Source: Planctomycetales bacterium (GTDB lineage Bacteria; 4484-113). Taken from it: a DNA stretch of 11,384 nucleotides. Of the stretch, positions 1-7,371 are shown in pieces; within the stretch, counting starts at the first letter, position 1; each line of letters starts with the position of its first letter. The DNA lies in contig JBBIRS010000016.1 of NCBI GenBank assembly GCA_037441675.1, positions 1 through 11,384 of the forward strand, read 5' to 3'. The notes under the pieces were generated by a model. It saw only the letters and a list, made by a program, of their open reading frames with translations. It was not told where the DNA came from and ran no database searches. The position numbers were made by a program, and so were the translations under genes.

Positions 1-723
1 ATTAGCGTTGTAAGCATCTTCGTCAATCCAACACAATTTGGACCAGCGGAAGATTACACGCGATATCCGAGAACGCCGGAAGAAGACATTTATGGTTGCG
101 AAAAGGAGGGTGTAGACCTAATTTTCATTCCATCAAATACCGAGATGTATCCTGAAGGATTTCAGACGAGCATAAACGTTCGTGAGCTCAGTAAACCCCT
201 TGAAGGAGAATTGCGGCCGGGGCATTTTGATGGTGTTGCGCTCGTTTGCTGTAAGCTCTTTCAAATTGTTGGTGCGGATATAGCCTATTTTGGACAGAAG
301 GACTTTCAGCAGTATCGCGTCGTAGAACGAATGATACAAGATTTGAACATTCCCATAGAGATAGAAATGTGCCCAATAGTGCGAGAAGCGAATGGTCTCG
401 CGATGAGCTCAAGAAACCAATACCTTAACGAAAAAGAGCGGGCAGAGGCAGGAAGCATTTTCAAATGCCTGATAGCTATCTCAGAAGCCTTTAATGGCGG
501 AGAGAGAGATGTCTTGACTCTTTGCGAAATTGGAGCGACCTACCTTTCGCAAATGATCCGCGTTCAGTACTTATCAATAGTAGACCAGTTGACGCTTGAA
601 GAGCGGGTTGATACTTGTGAGAATGGAGATGTTGTTCTCTTTGCAGGAATGTTAGGCAACACGCATCTTATTGATAATGTCATTCTCGGGGAAAAAAATG
701 AAGGTATTTGTACGCAAACTTAA
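1..723 (+). CDS. panC: Pantoate--beta-alanine ligase (pantothenate synthetase), 5'-truncated by the window edge
   Basis: Frame 1 is open from base 1 (ISVVSIFVNPTQFGPAEDYTRYPR...) into the 145..723 ORF. PanC motifs are present: SIFVNPTQF, RPGHFDGV, YFGQKDFQQ, IVREANGLAMSSRN and HLIDN. panD is adjacent. Confidence 0.97.
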   Translation: MSVVSIFVNPTQFGPAEDYTRYPRTPEEDIYGCEKEGVDLIFIPSNTEMYPEGFQTSINVRELSKPLEGELRPGHFDGVALVCCKLFQIVGADIAYFGQKDFQQYRVVERMIQDLNIPIEIEMCPIVREANGLAMSSRNQYLNEKERAEAGSIFKCLIAISEAFNGGERDVLTLCEIGATYLSQMIRVQYLSIVDQLTLEERVDTCENGDVVLFAGMLGNTHLIDNVILGEKNEGICTQT

Positions 724-1051
724 GTCGAAGATTCATATGGCTCGAGTTACTGAGACAGTTCTAGAATACGATGGTAGCATCACACTATCTAAATCTTTGT
801 GCGAGAAGGCGGGATTATCTGAAGGGGAGATGGTTCTTGTAGCGAATTTTGAAAATGGCGAGCGATTTGAAACTTACGTGATAGTCACTGAGCAAGAAGG
901 AGTTGTTGGCTTAAATGGTCCCGCAGCTAAACTTGGGAAGATTGGAGATCGGCTGATAGTTATGGCTTATGCGCTCGTTAATCAAGAAGATGCATCTTCT
1001 TTTATGCCTAAAATACTTCGTTTGAACGATAAGAACGAGATTATCAGTTAG
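698..1051 (+). CDS. panD: Aspartate 1-decarboxylase proenzyme (pyruvoyl-dependent)
   Basis: The protein has KSKIH, the YDG|SIT autocleavage site, NGERFETYVI, LNGPAA and GDRLI motifs. ATG 698 fits the usual N-terminus better than TTG 671. It overlaps the panC end by 26 nt and ends in TAG. Confidence 0.96.
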   Translation: MKVFVRKLKSKIHMARVTETVLEYDGSITLSKSLCEKAGLSEGEMVLVANFENGERFETYVIVTEQEGVVGLNGPAAKLGKIGDRLIVMAYALVNQEDASSFMPKILRLNDKNEIIS

Positions 1052-1054
1052 CTC

Positions 1055-1154
1055 ATTACGGGCTCGTCAGTGGCTGAAACTTGAAGTAGCTTTTTGTGAC
1101 TGCGTCATCCGTAATAGTTATTCTACTGATTAACACTATGTAGAAGTTTCTTTT
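1055..1154. terminator. Candidate hairpin(s)/terminator between convergent panD and the protease gene
   Basis: ATTACGG (1055-1061) pairs with CCGTAAT (1109-1115), with inner GTCA/TGAC pairing. TTCTAC (1121-1126) pairs with GTAGAA (1140-1145) and is followed by GTTTCTTTT. Confidence 0.3.
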
Positions 1155-1190
1155 GAAGGTTGCGTTAAATACCTTAGCGCTTAAAACGAT

Positions 1191-3857
1191 TTACAACCTT
1201 CGTTCAACTTCAGCAGACAGGGCACTTCTGATACGCGATAATGTTTCCTCCAGGTGCGCACGCGTTATAGTGTCCAAAGATGCTGTTCTTATTGCGCTTC
1301 CAATAACACGCGAAAGTTCTGCCAAGTCTTCCCTCGCAAGTGTTACTGCATCTTCAGGATAGCTCGTTGTATTAAAAAGAATATTCGTAAGAATCCGCAG
1401 GTGAGCGCGTTGAAGATTCCTGCGAAAACTATCAATATTCTCACGAGCGTAAACCTCTGACCAAATAGCATTGCGCAAGCGACTGAACATTTCCGCCATT
1501 GTAAATGGCGTTTCATCTGCTTCAAGGTGATAGGGAAAGTCTAAAAGCCGATTTAACACGTATGAGTTGTAAAGACCATAAAGCGCATTCGTTTGGATAG
1601 AGAGAATAAAGTTGTGAAGGGGGAAGTCTCTGCGTTCAGGCGGAGGTCCGACTCTAAATACGGGAAAGCGCTCAACCGCCAACTTGTTTAGTAAACGTGG
1701 TGGAATGTTAAACGCATCTTTGGCGAATATGTTCTCCTCCAAAAATTTAAGTGCCTCACGCTGTTTGGCTGAACTTACTGGCTCATAGGGAAGTTTCTCT
1801 CCAGGATCTCCTATATGAAATCGGTTATGCTCCATTCCAGCAATGAATTTTGGAACTGTGCTTGCTGCCATACTGTACTGTGCCATTACGTTTGAAAACA
1901 CAAGGCGTAGTTTCTGGTATCGCTTGCCAGGCTTTTCAAATTGAGATTCAATTCTATTCATCAGCTCTTTGGCTATCTTAATGCGGTGCCTGAAATAGGC
2001 TATCGGGTCACTTGAAAGGTCCCACATATTTACAAATGGATCAAGACCCCAAGCGTCTTCGTCCGTGCCGTAGGCAAGCTTTGGCTCAGAAGCTCGTTTA
2101 GCAATTTTTTCCAGTTCAAAAAGTTCATCTTCAGGCGTTTCAGACTTTATTTCTTTATAAGCGTATTCTATAGCCCAGTAGTCATACGTCCCAAGTGTGG
2201 TTTGCCAGTAACTACCCTGTCTCTGCCCAGGCAAAGCAAGATTTACAACGTTGTAATCCATTACCGACCCGGAGATACCTTCTCGGTCGGTAATTGATCT
2301 ATTGTGAACTTCTTCAAGTGAGTGAATAATGCTAGCCTTAAAGTTATGCCTCAACCCTAGCGTGTGTCCTACCTCATGGGTAACTAGGTCCTTTAAGCCA
2401 TCCATTATGAACTTCTTCCCCTCCGCAGAGTTAGGATCAAAATCACCCGTGCTAGCTAGATAGCTCAGCGCGAAGTTAGCTTCACGCATAAGACCATCCC
2501 CATAGGCGCATTGGTTAATCGTAAACTTCCGCAGTGACTCTGGAAGAGGTCTATCTGCTTCTATTGCGGACTCGTTGTTCCTCAAAGGTGCAACCATCTC
2601 TTCCCAATCCATGGCGAAGGAACGAATGAAGTCTACCGCAAGTCTAATGTCCGCTGCGTAAAGCTCGCCAGTGTAGGGATTTGCCCAGGAAGGTCCAACC
2701 GCATAACCGCTTCCCGGCATCACTATCCATTGAATTACATTGTAGCGAATATCCGCTGGATCCCAATCCGCGTCATTCGGCATTTGCTTGACTTCAATGG
2801 CGTTCTTAAAACCAATCCGCTCAAAGGCTTTGTTCCACTCTAATATCCCATCTCTCACAGCATCTCTATATTCTTCGGGAACAGTATTCTCAATCCAAAA
2901 AACAATGGGTTTTTCTGGCACTGATAGTTCCTCAAATGGGAATTTCTTCTTGAGATTCCATCGGTTCACATATCGCACATAAGCAGTTTCTTTTGTTAGG
3001 TCGGTGTAATCCTGATACATAGTGAGAAAGTGTCCCACCCTATCATCAGCTAGGCGCGGTTTGTAATCACTCTCAGGTATAACCGCTAAGCTGTATCTAT
3101 AACGGTGTTGAAAGCTTCTGCTGTCAGGAATGGCTGGAGATGTCGCTTCTGCACCGCTACCTCGAAAGTGAAGCACAACTTCAATCTCGCTGTTAAAGGG
3201 GAAGCTTTTTACCTCTTTGAAGTAGCTTTCTGATGGGTCAAAGGAAAACCCTGCGCCCATTCTGCTAAGTTCAAAACCAAGATTTATGTGGTCTCGGATA
3301 AATAGTGGATTAGGCTCAATTAGAATTGCCTGCGTTTCAGGATGGGGTTCTCCAACAAGATTGGATGATGCTAGGATAGAATCACTAACTCCACGCTCAA
3401 TCGCTTTACTAAGAGAAGAGTCTTTCGCAACCCGGTAGGCAACATTTTTCTGAATAAACTGTACTTTTTTTCCTATCTTATGAAAGTAAAAGGGAAAGTT
3501 ATCAAGCATAGAGCCTGAATCAAAGAAGTAACCATCCCCAGCTTCCAAGAAAACGTTGCAAAGATAAACCTTATCCAACTGCTCAGGTTTAATCTCCAGA
3601 AGGTACTTGTTCTCATCCTCCTTGAAGTAAAAAGTAAAGAGACCCTCAATTTTCTTATATCCTTCAATCGCCTTTTCAAAAGCGCTCTTCTCTTCCTTTT
3701 TCTCTTCATTAACTTTTTCTTTATTCTCCTTAGTTTCTTCTGCATTCATTTCCGTATCCGGTGGAGGCGCCGGTGGAGTTTCACCTGCGATAACTTGAGC
3801 TTTTACTGAAAAAGTTAATAAAAACAGTGTGAATAAAACTTTGGCAATATTTCTCAT
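1191..3857 (-). CDS. Secreted zinc-dependent metalloprotease, metzincin clan (EcxA-like; DUF5117/DUF5118 plus Met-zincin architecture)
   Basis: 888-aa ORF with an N-terminal signal peptide (MRNIAKVLFTLFLLTFSVKA|Q). It has the zinc motif HEVGHTLGLRH and the Met-turn SVMDY. Family-typical segments include PRLADDRVGHF, WNKAFERIGFKNAI, DIRYNVIQW, NPYTGE and LGTYDYWAIEYAY. A GGAGG Shine-Dalgarno lies upstream on the minus strand (3865-3869). Confidence 0.9.
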   Translation of the reverse strand: MRNIAKVLFTLFLLTFSVKAQVIAGETPPAPPPDTEMNAEETKENKEKVNEEKKEEKSAFEKAIEGYKKIEGLFTFYFKEDENKYLLEIKPEQLDKVYLCNVFLEAGDGYFFDSGSMLDNFPFYFHKIGKKVQFIQKNVAYRVAKDSSLSKAIERGVSDSILASSNLVGEPHPETQAILIEPNPLFIRDHINLGFELSRMGAGFSFDPSESYFKEVKSFPFNSEIEVVLHFRGSGAEATSPAIPDSRSFQHRYRYSLAVIPESDYKPRLADDRVGHFLTMYQDYTDLTKETAYVRYVNRWNLKKKFPFEELSVPEKPIVFWIENTVPEEYRDAVRDGILEWNKAFERIGFKNAIEVKQMPNDADWDPADIRYNVIQWIVMPGSGYAVGPSWANPYTGELYAADIRLAVDFIRSFAMDWEEMVAPLRNNESAIEADRPLPESLRKFTINQCAYGDGLMREANFALSYLASTGDFDPNSAEGKKFIMDGLKDLVTHEVGHTLGLRHNFKASIIHSLEEVHNRSITDREGISGSVMDYNVVNLALPGQRQGSYWQTTLGTYDYWAIEYAYKEIKSETPEDELFELEKIAKRASEPKLAYGTDEDAWGLDPFVNMWDLSSDPIAYFRHRIKIAKELMNRIESQFEKPGKRYQKLRLVFSNVMAQYSMAASTVPKFIAGMEHNRFHIGDPGEKLPYEPVSSAKQREALKFLEENIFAKDAFNIPPRLLNKLAVERFPVFRVGPPPERRDFPLHNFILSIQTNALYGLYNSYVLNRLLDFPYHLEADETPFTMAEMFSRLRNAIWSEVYARENIDSFRRNLQRAHLRILTNILFNTTSYPEDAVTLAREDLAELSRVIGSAIRTASLDTITRAHLEETLSRIRSALSAEVERRL

Positions 3858-4139
3858 ATTAATTCCTCCATAAAAATTAGTAGAATTCTATCACTAATAT
3901 TATCCTTTCATAAATTTGTTTCTTAACATCATAACATTCGCATAAGGTAACTTGTAACCTGTTGATTTACCTATAGTTATTGATATAAGAAATGGATGCA
4001 TACTCCAATAACCTCTAACCTGTGATGTATTTTCTTACAGGAGGCTTTAGTTCAGTTATTGCGACTATTGGATTTACACTATTATAGATTACACATTTAC
4101 ACTCGCCCTCTCCAAATCTTTTAATTGTGTTATCCATTA

Positions 4140-4148
4140 TGGTAGAAT
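4140..4148 (+). promoter_or_regulatory. Candidate extended -10 promoter element for the foldase gene
   Basis: TGGTAGAAT is a TGn plus TAGAAT match about 65 nt upstream of ATG 4212. The -35 match is weak (TTTAAT at 17 nt spacing). Confidence 0.4.
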
Positions 4149-4211
4149 TCAGAGGAACGATACACTTGCCACTAAAATACTCAAATCGGCAAGTAAGATT
4201 GGGTAAAAATT

Positions 4212-6161
4212 ATGCGTTTAATGGAAAGAATTAGGACTAGGTTTCGCCTATTCTTTATGATTTTTGCGATTATTTTCGTTGTTTCCGTTTTCGGCGGACT
4301 TGGAGTAGGTTTCTTCAACTTTAATCCTCGCTCACAGGGTATAGCCAGGCAAACTGGTTATCGTTCACTCGTTCCTGGGGTTATCGTTGTAGCGGAAATA
4401 GGCGATAAAAAGATTTATCATTCTGAATTTTTTGATAGATATTTGGAAATTGAGTCACTTTTGTCCCAGCAGGGGGCCACTTTTGAAACTGATCCATTCA
4501 AAAATTTGGAGAGAATGAATCTAGTGCTAGATCAGATCTTTCGGGAACAAACACTATTAAAGTACGCTAAAGAAAATGGCGTGAATGTTACAGATACAGA
4601 GATAAATCAAGAATTGGACAACATTCTCTCAAGAATTCTTGGAACGTCTTCATCAGAAAAGAAACCCGAAAAGAGCATAATTTCTGAAGTGGCATCAGCG
4701 GTCAAAAAGCGCACTGAGAGACAAAAGGCGCTTCGGGATTATTTGGAGCGGACTAATCAAACAATGCCTCAGCTTATCGATTCCATAAAGCGAAGCCTAC
4801 TCGTTTCAAAGGCGAATGAACATATAAGAAAGCTGGAAGAAGAAAAGGGAGATAAAGTCGCTAAAGAAAAACTAGAGAAGATAAAGGCAGAACTTAAGGC
4901 GGGCAAGGAATTTGCAGAAGTAGCAAAGAAGTACTCCGAAGATGAAGGCACCAAAGATAAAGGTGGTCTTGTTGATTATATGCTTCCTAGAAGTTTCTTT
5001 GACCCACAAGTTGCAGATGTTGCCTTCAAGTTGAAAGTTGGCGAGTACTCTGAACCTATTAAGCAGGAGTTTGGCTACGAAATTGTTCAAGTGGTTGAGA
5101 AGAAAGAAGCGGTTGGCAAGGAATTTGAAAGGGAGAAACCGAAAATCATTGAAAAACTTAAGGAAAGAAACAAGAACGTGAAGGATTACAAGCCATCAGA
5201 CGAAGAGATTAAGAGGGAGTACGAACAACTGAAATATAGGCATATTGTAGTTAGAAACCCTTACCAGGTTGAAGCCTACAAGAGGATTGGATGGTTGATT
5301 GAGACGCAGAAAAAGGTAATCCATGATCCCCAAATCCTAGCCTACCGAGCTTATGCGAAGTTGCCTCTCTACTTTCCAGAACTCAAAGATACAACAGTTG
5401 AACAGATAGCATCTCAGGCGAAAGGACAAGTAGATGTCAATCCCGATGTTTTTAATAAGCTTCTTAAGAAGTATGAAAAGGACTATTGGGATAATATTTT
5501 CAAAACTTATGGTGAACCACCGAAAGAGCTTATTCCCGCGCTTAAGGAAGCAGGGGTTCCGGTGAAAAGCGAAACTGAAACCGATACGGAAAAGGAGAAG
5601 CAGATTGACGAAGGTAAGGGCAAAGAAGAAAGTGAGCCAAAAAAGGAAGTGGTAGCGGAAGGCAAAAGCGAAAGTTCAGATGAGGATATTGATAGCGTGC
5701 CAGCGTATCCTTTGGCAATTGGACTGCTTCTTGAGGCAAGTAAAACGAATCAAGGTGTGGCAAATATCTACTATTATTCTGCCCGTCTCTACTCCGAGTG
5801 GATTGGCGATTCGTCTGCAAGAAAGGTCTTTCCACTGGACTTGGATGTTGTTAGAGGTGAAATTGAAAATCTCTTAAAAATGGCAATAGGGAAGTACGAG
5901 TTTCAAGCCCATTATTACGCTATTCTCGGGAAGAATTACGCGGAGTGGGTCAAACCTGAGGAGGCTAGGAAGAATCTAGAGCTTGCCCTAAAGTACGGAG
6001 GAAAGGATGAAAAAGTTCTTGAAACTGTGCACTCCGCCTATCTAGAAATTAATGATGAAGAGAAAGCTCGTGAAGTCGCCAAGACGCTCGGAGAAGTCCG
6101 AGCGGCACGGATAGAATCTGGACAATCTCGTAATATTCCCATTCAGATACCAAGTGGTTAG
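4212..6161 (+). CDS. Membrane-anchored SurA/PrsA/PpiD-like foldase (parvulin-type peptidyl-prolyl isomerase) with C-terminal TPR-like helices
   Basis: There is an N-terminal TM helix after MERIR and a SurA-N-like segment (VAEIGDKKI...LLKYAKENGVNVTDTEINQEL). The parvulin core reads FAEVAKKYSEDEGTKDKGG...VAFKLKVGEYSEPIKQEFGYEIVQV. An E/K-rich linker leads to a TPR-like C-terminus (YYAILGKNY...EEARKNLELALK). Confidence 0.82.
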   Translation: MRLMERIRTRFRLFFMIFAIIFVVSVFGGLGVGFFNFNPRSQGIARQTGYRSLVPGVIVVAEIGDKKIYHSEFFDRYLEIESLLSQQGATFETDPFKNLERMNLVLDQIFREQTLLKYAKENGVNVTDTEINQELDNILSRILGTSSSEKKPEKSIISEVASAVKKRTERQKALRDYLERTNQTMPQLIDSIKRSLLVSKANEHIRKLEEEKGDKVAKEKLEKIKAELKAGKEFAEVAKKYSEDEGTKDKGGLVDYMLPRSFFDPQVADVAFKLKVGEYSEPIKQEFGYEIVQVVEKKEAVGKEFEREKPKIIEKLKERNKNVKDYKPSDEEIKREYEQLKYRHIVVRNPYQVEAYKRIGWLIETQKKVIHDPQILAYRAYAKLPLYFPELKDTTVEQIASQAKGQVDVNPDVFNKLLKKYEKDYWDNIFKTYGEPPKELIPALKEAGVPVKSETETDTEKEKQIDEGKGKEESEPKKEVVAEGKSESSDEDIDSVPAYPLAIGLLLEASKTNQGVANIYYYSARLYSEWIGDSSARKVFPLDLDVVRGEIENLLKMAIGKYEFQAHYYAILGKNYAEWVKPEEARKNLELALKYGGKDEKVLETVHSAYLEINDEEKAREVAKTLGEVRAARIESGQSRNIPIQIPSG

Positions 6162-6234
6162 ACTACACTTGTAAGAGAAAATAGCAATCTTAGCGTGATG
6201 TAAATACGCCCAAAATTCATCTAACTATAACTTT

Positions 6235-7104
6235 ATGAAATATCCTTCTGCTTTTACAACCCTTCATTTCGGCACTAGTGGAATTCCCCCCGAGGTCAAA
6301 GATAAAGGCTACTTTGGTGCGGTTGGCTTTCTGAGCAAGAAGCGCCTAAGTGCTATGGAGATGGAATTTGTCCAGCAGGTTCATATGGACGAAGAGACCG
6401 CGCTTGAATTTGGAAAGCTTGCCAAAGAACTTGGCATTATCCTTTCATCTCACGCGCCATACTACATCAATCTTGCTAGTAGGGAAACGGAAAAGATCCA
6501 CTCAAGCATTAACCGAATCGTCAAATCCGCCATTATCACTCATTGCGCAGGAGGTCATTCAGTGGTTTTCCATGCTGGTTTCTATCAGGGCAGAAAACGT
6601 GAAGAGGTTTACAGGATGATAGCCAATGGAATTTACGCTGTTGAGAAAGAGCTTGCAAAGCGCAAAGTAAATATCTGGCTTCGTCCAGAAATCACTGGTA
6701 AGGAAACACAGTTTGGTAGTCTTGAAGAGTTGATAAGGCTCTCTTCGGAATTTGAATCTGTCCTTCCTTGCCTTGACTTTTCTCATCTCCACTCAAGGTC
6801 AATTGGAAGGTATAACACTCAAGAAGAGTGGCAGGAAGTTATTGAAAGGCTACGGGATGAAGTTCCAATGGGAAAAAATATTTTGAAAAGAATGCACATT
6901 CACATCTCAGGAATCGAGTATGGCAGTAAAGGCGAACGTAGGCATTTACCACTAAAGAAATCAGACCTTGAATATAAATTGCTGATGGCAGTTCTTAAGG
7001 AGTTTAATGTTTGTGGGACTGTTATTTGCGAGTCTCCCACGGGAGTACTTATAAAAGACACTCTTGCTCTAAGAAGGTGCTATGAAACTATTAAAAATAA
7101 ATAA
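6235..7104 (+). CDS. nfo: Endonuclease IV / AP endonuclease family 2 (TIM barrel), archaeal-like subtype
   Basis: The metal-ligand motifs occur in the expected order: SHAPYYINL, VVFHAG, RPEITGK..QFG, CLDFSH, HIHISGIEY...ERRH and ICESP. Confidence 0.85.
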   Translation: MKYPSAFTTLHFGTSGIPPEVKDKGYFGAVGFLSKKRLSAMEMEFVQQVHMDEETALEFGKLAKELGIILSSHAPYYINLASRETEKIHSSINRIVKSAIITHCAGGHSVVFHAGFYQGRKREEVYRMIANGIYAVEKELAKRKVNIWLRPEITGKETQFGSLEELIRLSSEFESVLPCLDFSHLHSRSIGRYNTQEEWQEVIERLRDEVPMGKNILKRMHIHISGIEYGSKGERRHLPLKKSDLEYKLLMAVLKEFNVCGTVICESPTGVLIKDTLALRRCYETIKNK

Positions 7105-7325
7105 TTCCTTCTTGTCTCTGCCTTATATCATTTACCAATTCTCCAAATATTTTTACTGATAACCGTCAAGAGGCGGAAAATATTAAATTTAATGTAGTCT
7201 GCTACTTTTCGGTTCAAAGGGCATTAAATTCATAGGAGAGATTACTTTACCTGTCTATTTGAAAAGCAAGTTTTGCTCATAATTCAAGCTTAACTAGCAC
7301 CACTATTTAACGCCAATAGCCACGA

Positions 7326-7334
7326 GTGTGATAA
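7326..7334 (+). promoter_or_regulatory. Candidate extended -10 element upstream of aspS
   Basis: GTGTGATAAT region (TG-n-GATAAT) about 40 nt before the start. A GGAG Shine-Dalgarno lies at 7363-7366. Confidence 0.3.
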
Positions 7335-7371
7335 TATAGCAAGAGATTTTCATCTTCCTCTTGGAGAAGTG

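Noticed and set aside
1119..1146. TTCTACT...GTAGA resembling a Cas12a direct-repeat stem
   Set aside because: It is a single copy with a 13-nt loop, with no array and no cas gene.
3921..3961. dif-like fragments (TTAACAT; ATTCGCATAA), and similarly TTATGTTTAAG near 9250
   Set aside because: Only one arm matches in each case. No XerC and XerD arm pair with 6-bp spacing is present.
4006..4061. attC-like AAC...GTT bounded hairpin
   Set aside because: The ends do not fit RYYYAAC/GTTRRRY well. It is a single copy between divergent genes with no cassette array or integrase, so it is kept only as a generic RNA structure.
4125..4140. DnaA-box-like TTATCCATT suggesting an origin
   Set aside because: It has two mismatches, with no cluster of boxes and no dnaA context.
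7105..7368. T-box riboswitch upstream of aspS
   Set aside because: There is no T-box consensus (AGGGTGG-N-ACC) and no terminator/antiterminator pair. The CCGTC-AAGA-GGCGG hairpin lacks a downstream U-tract.
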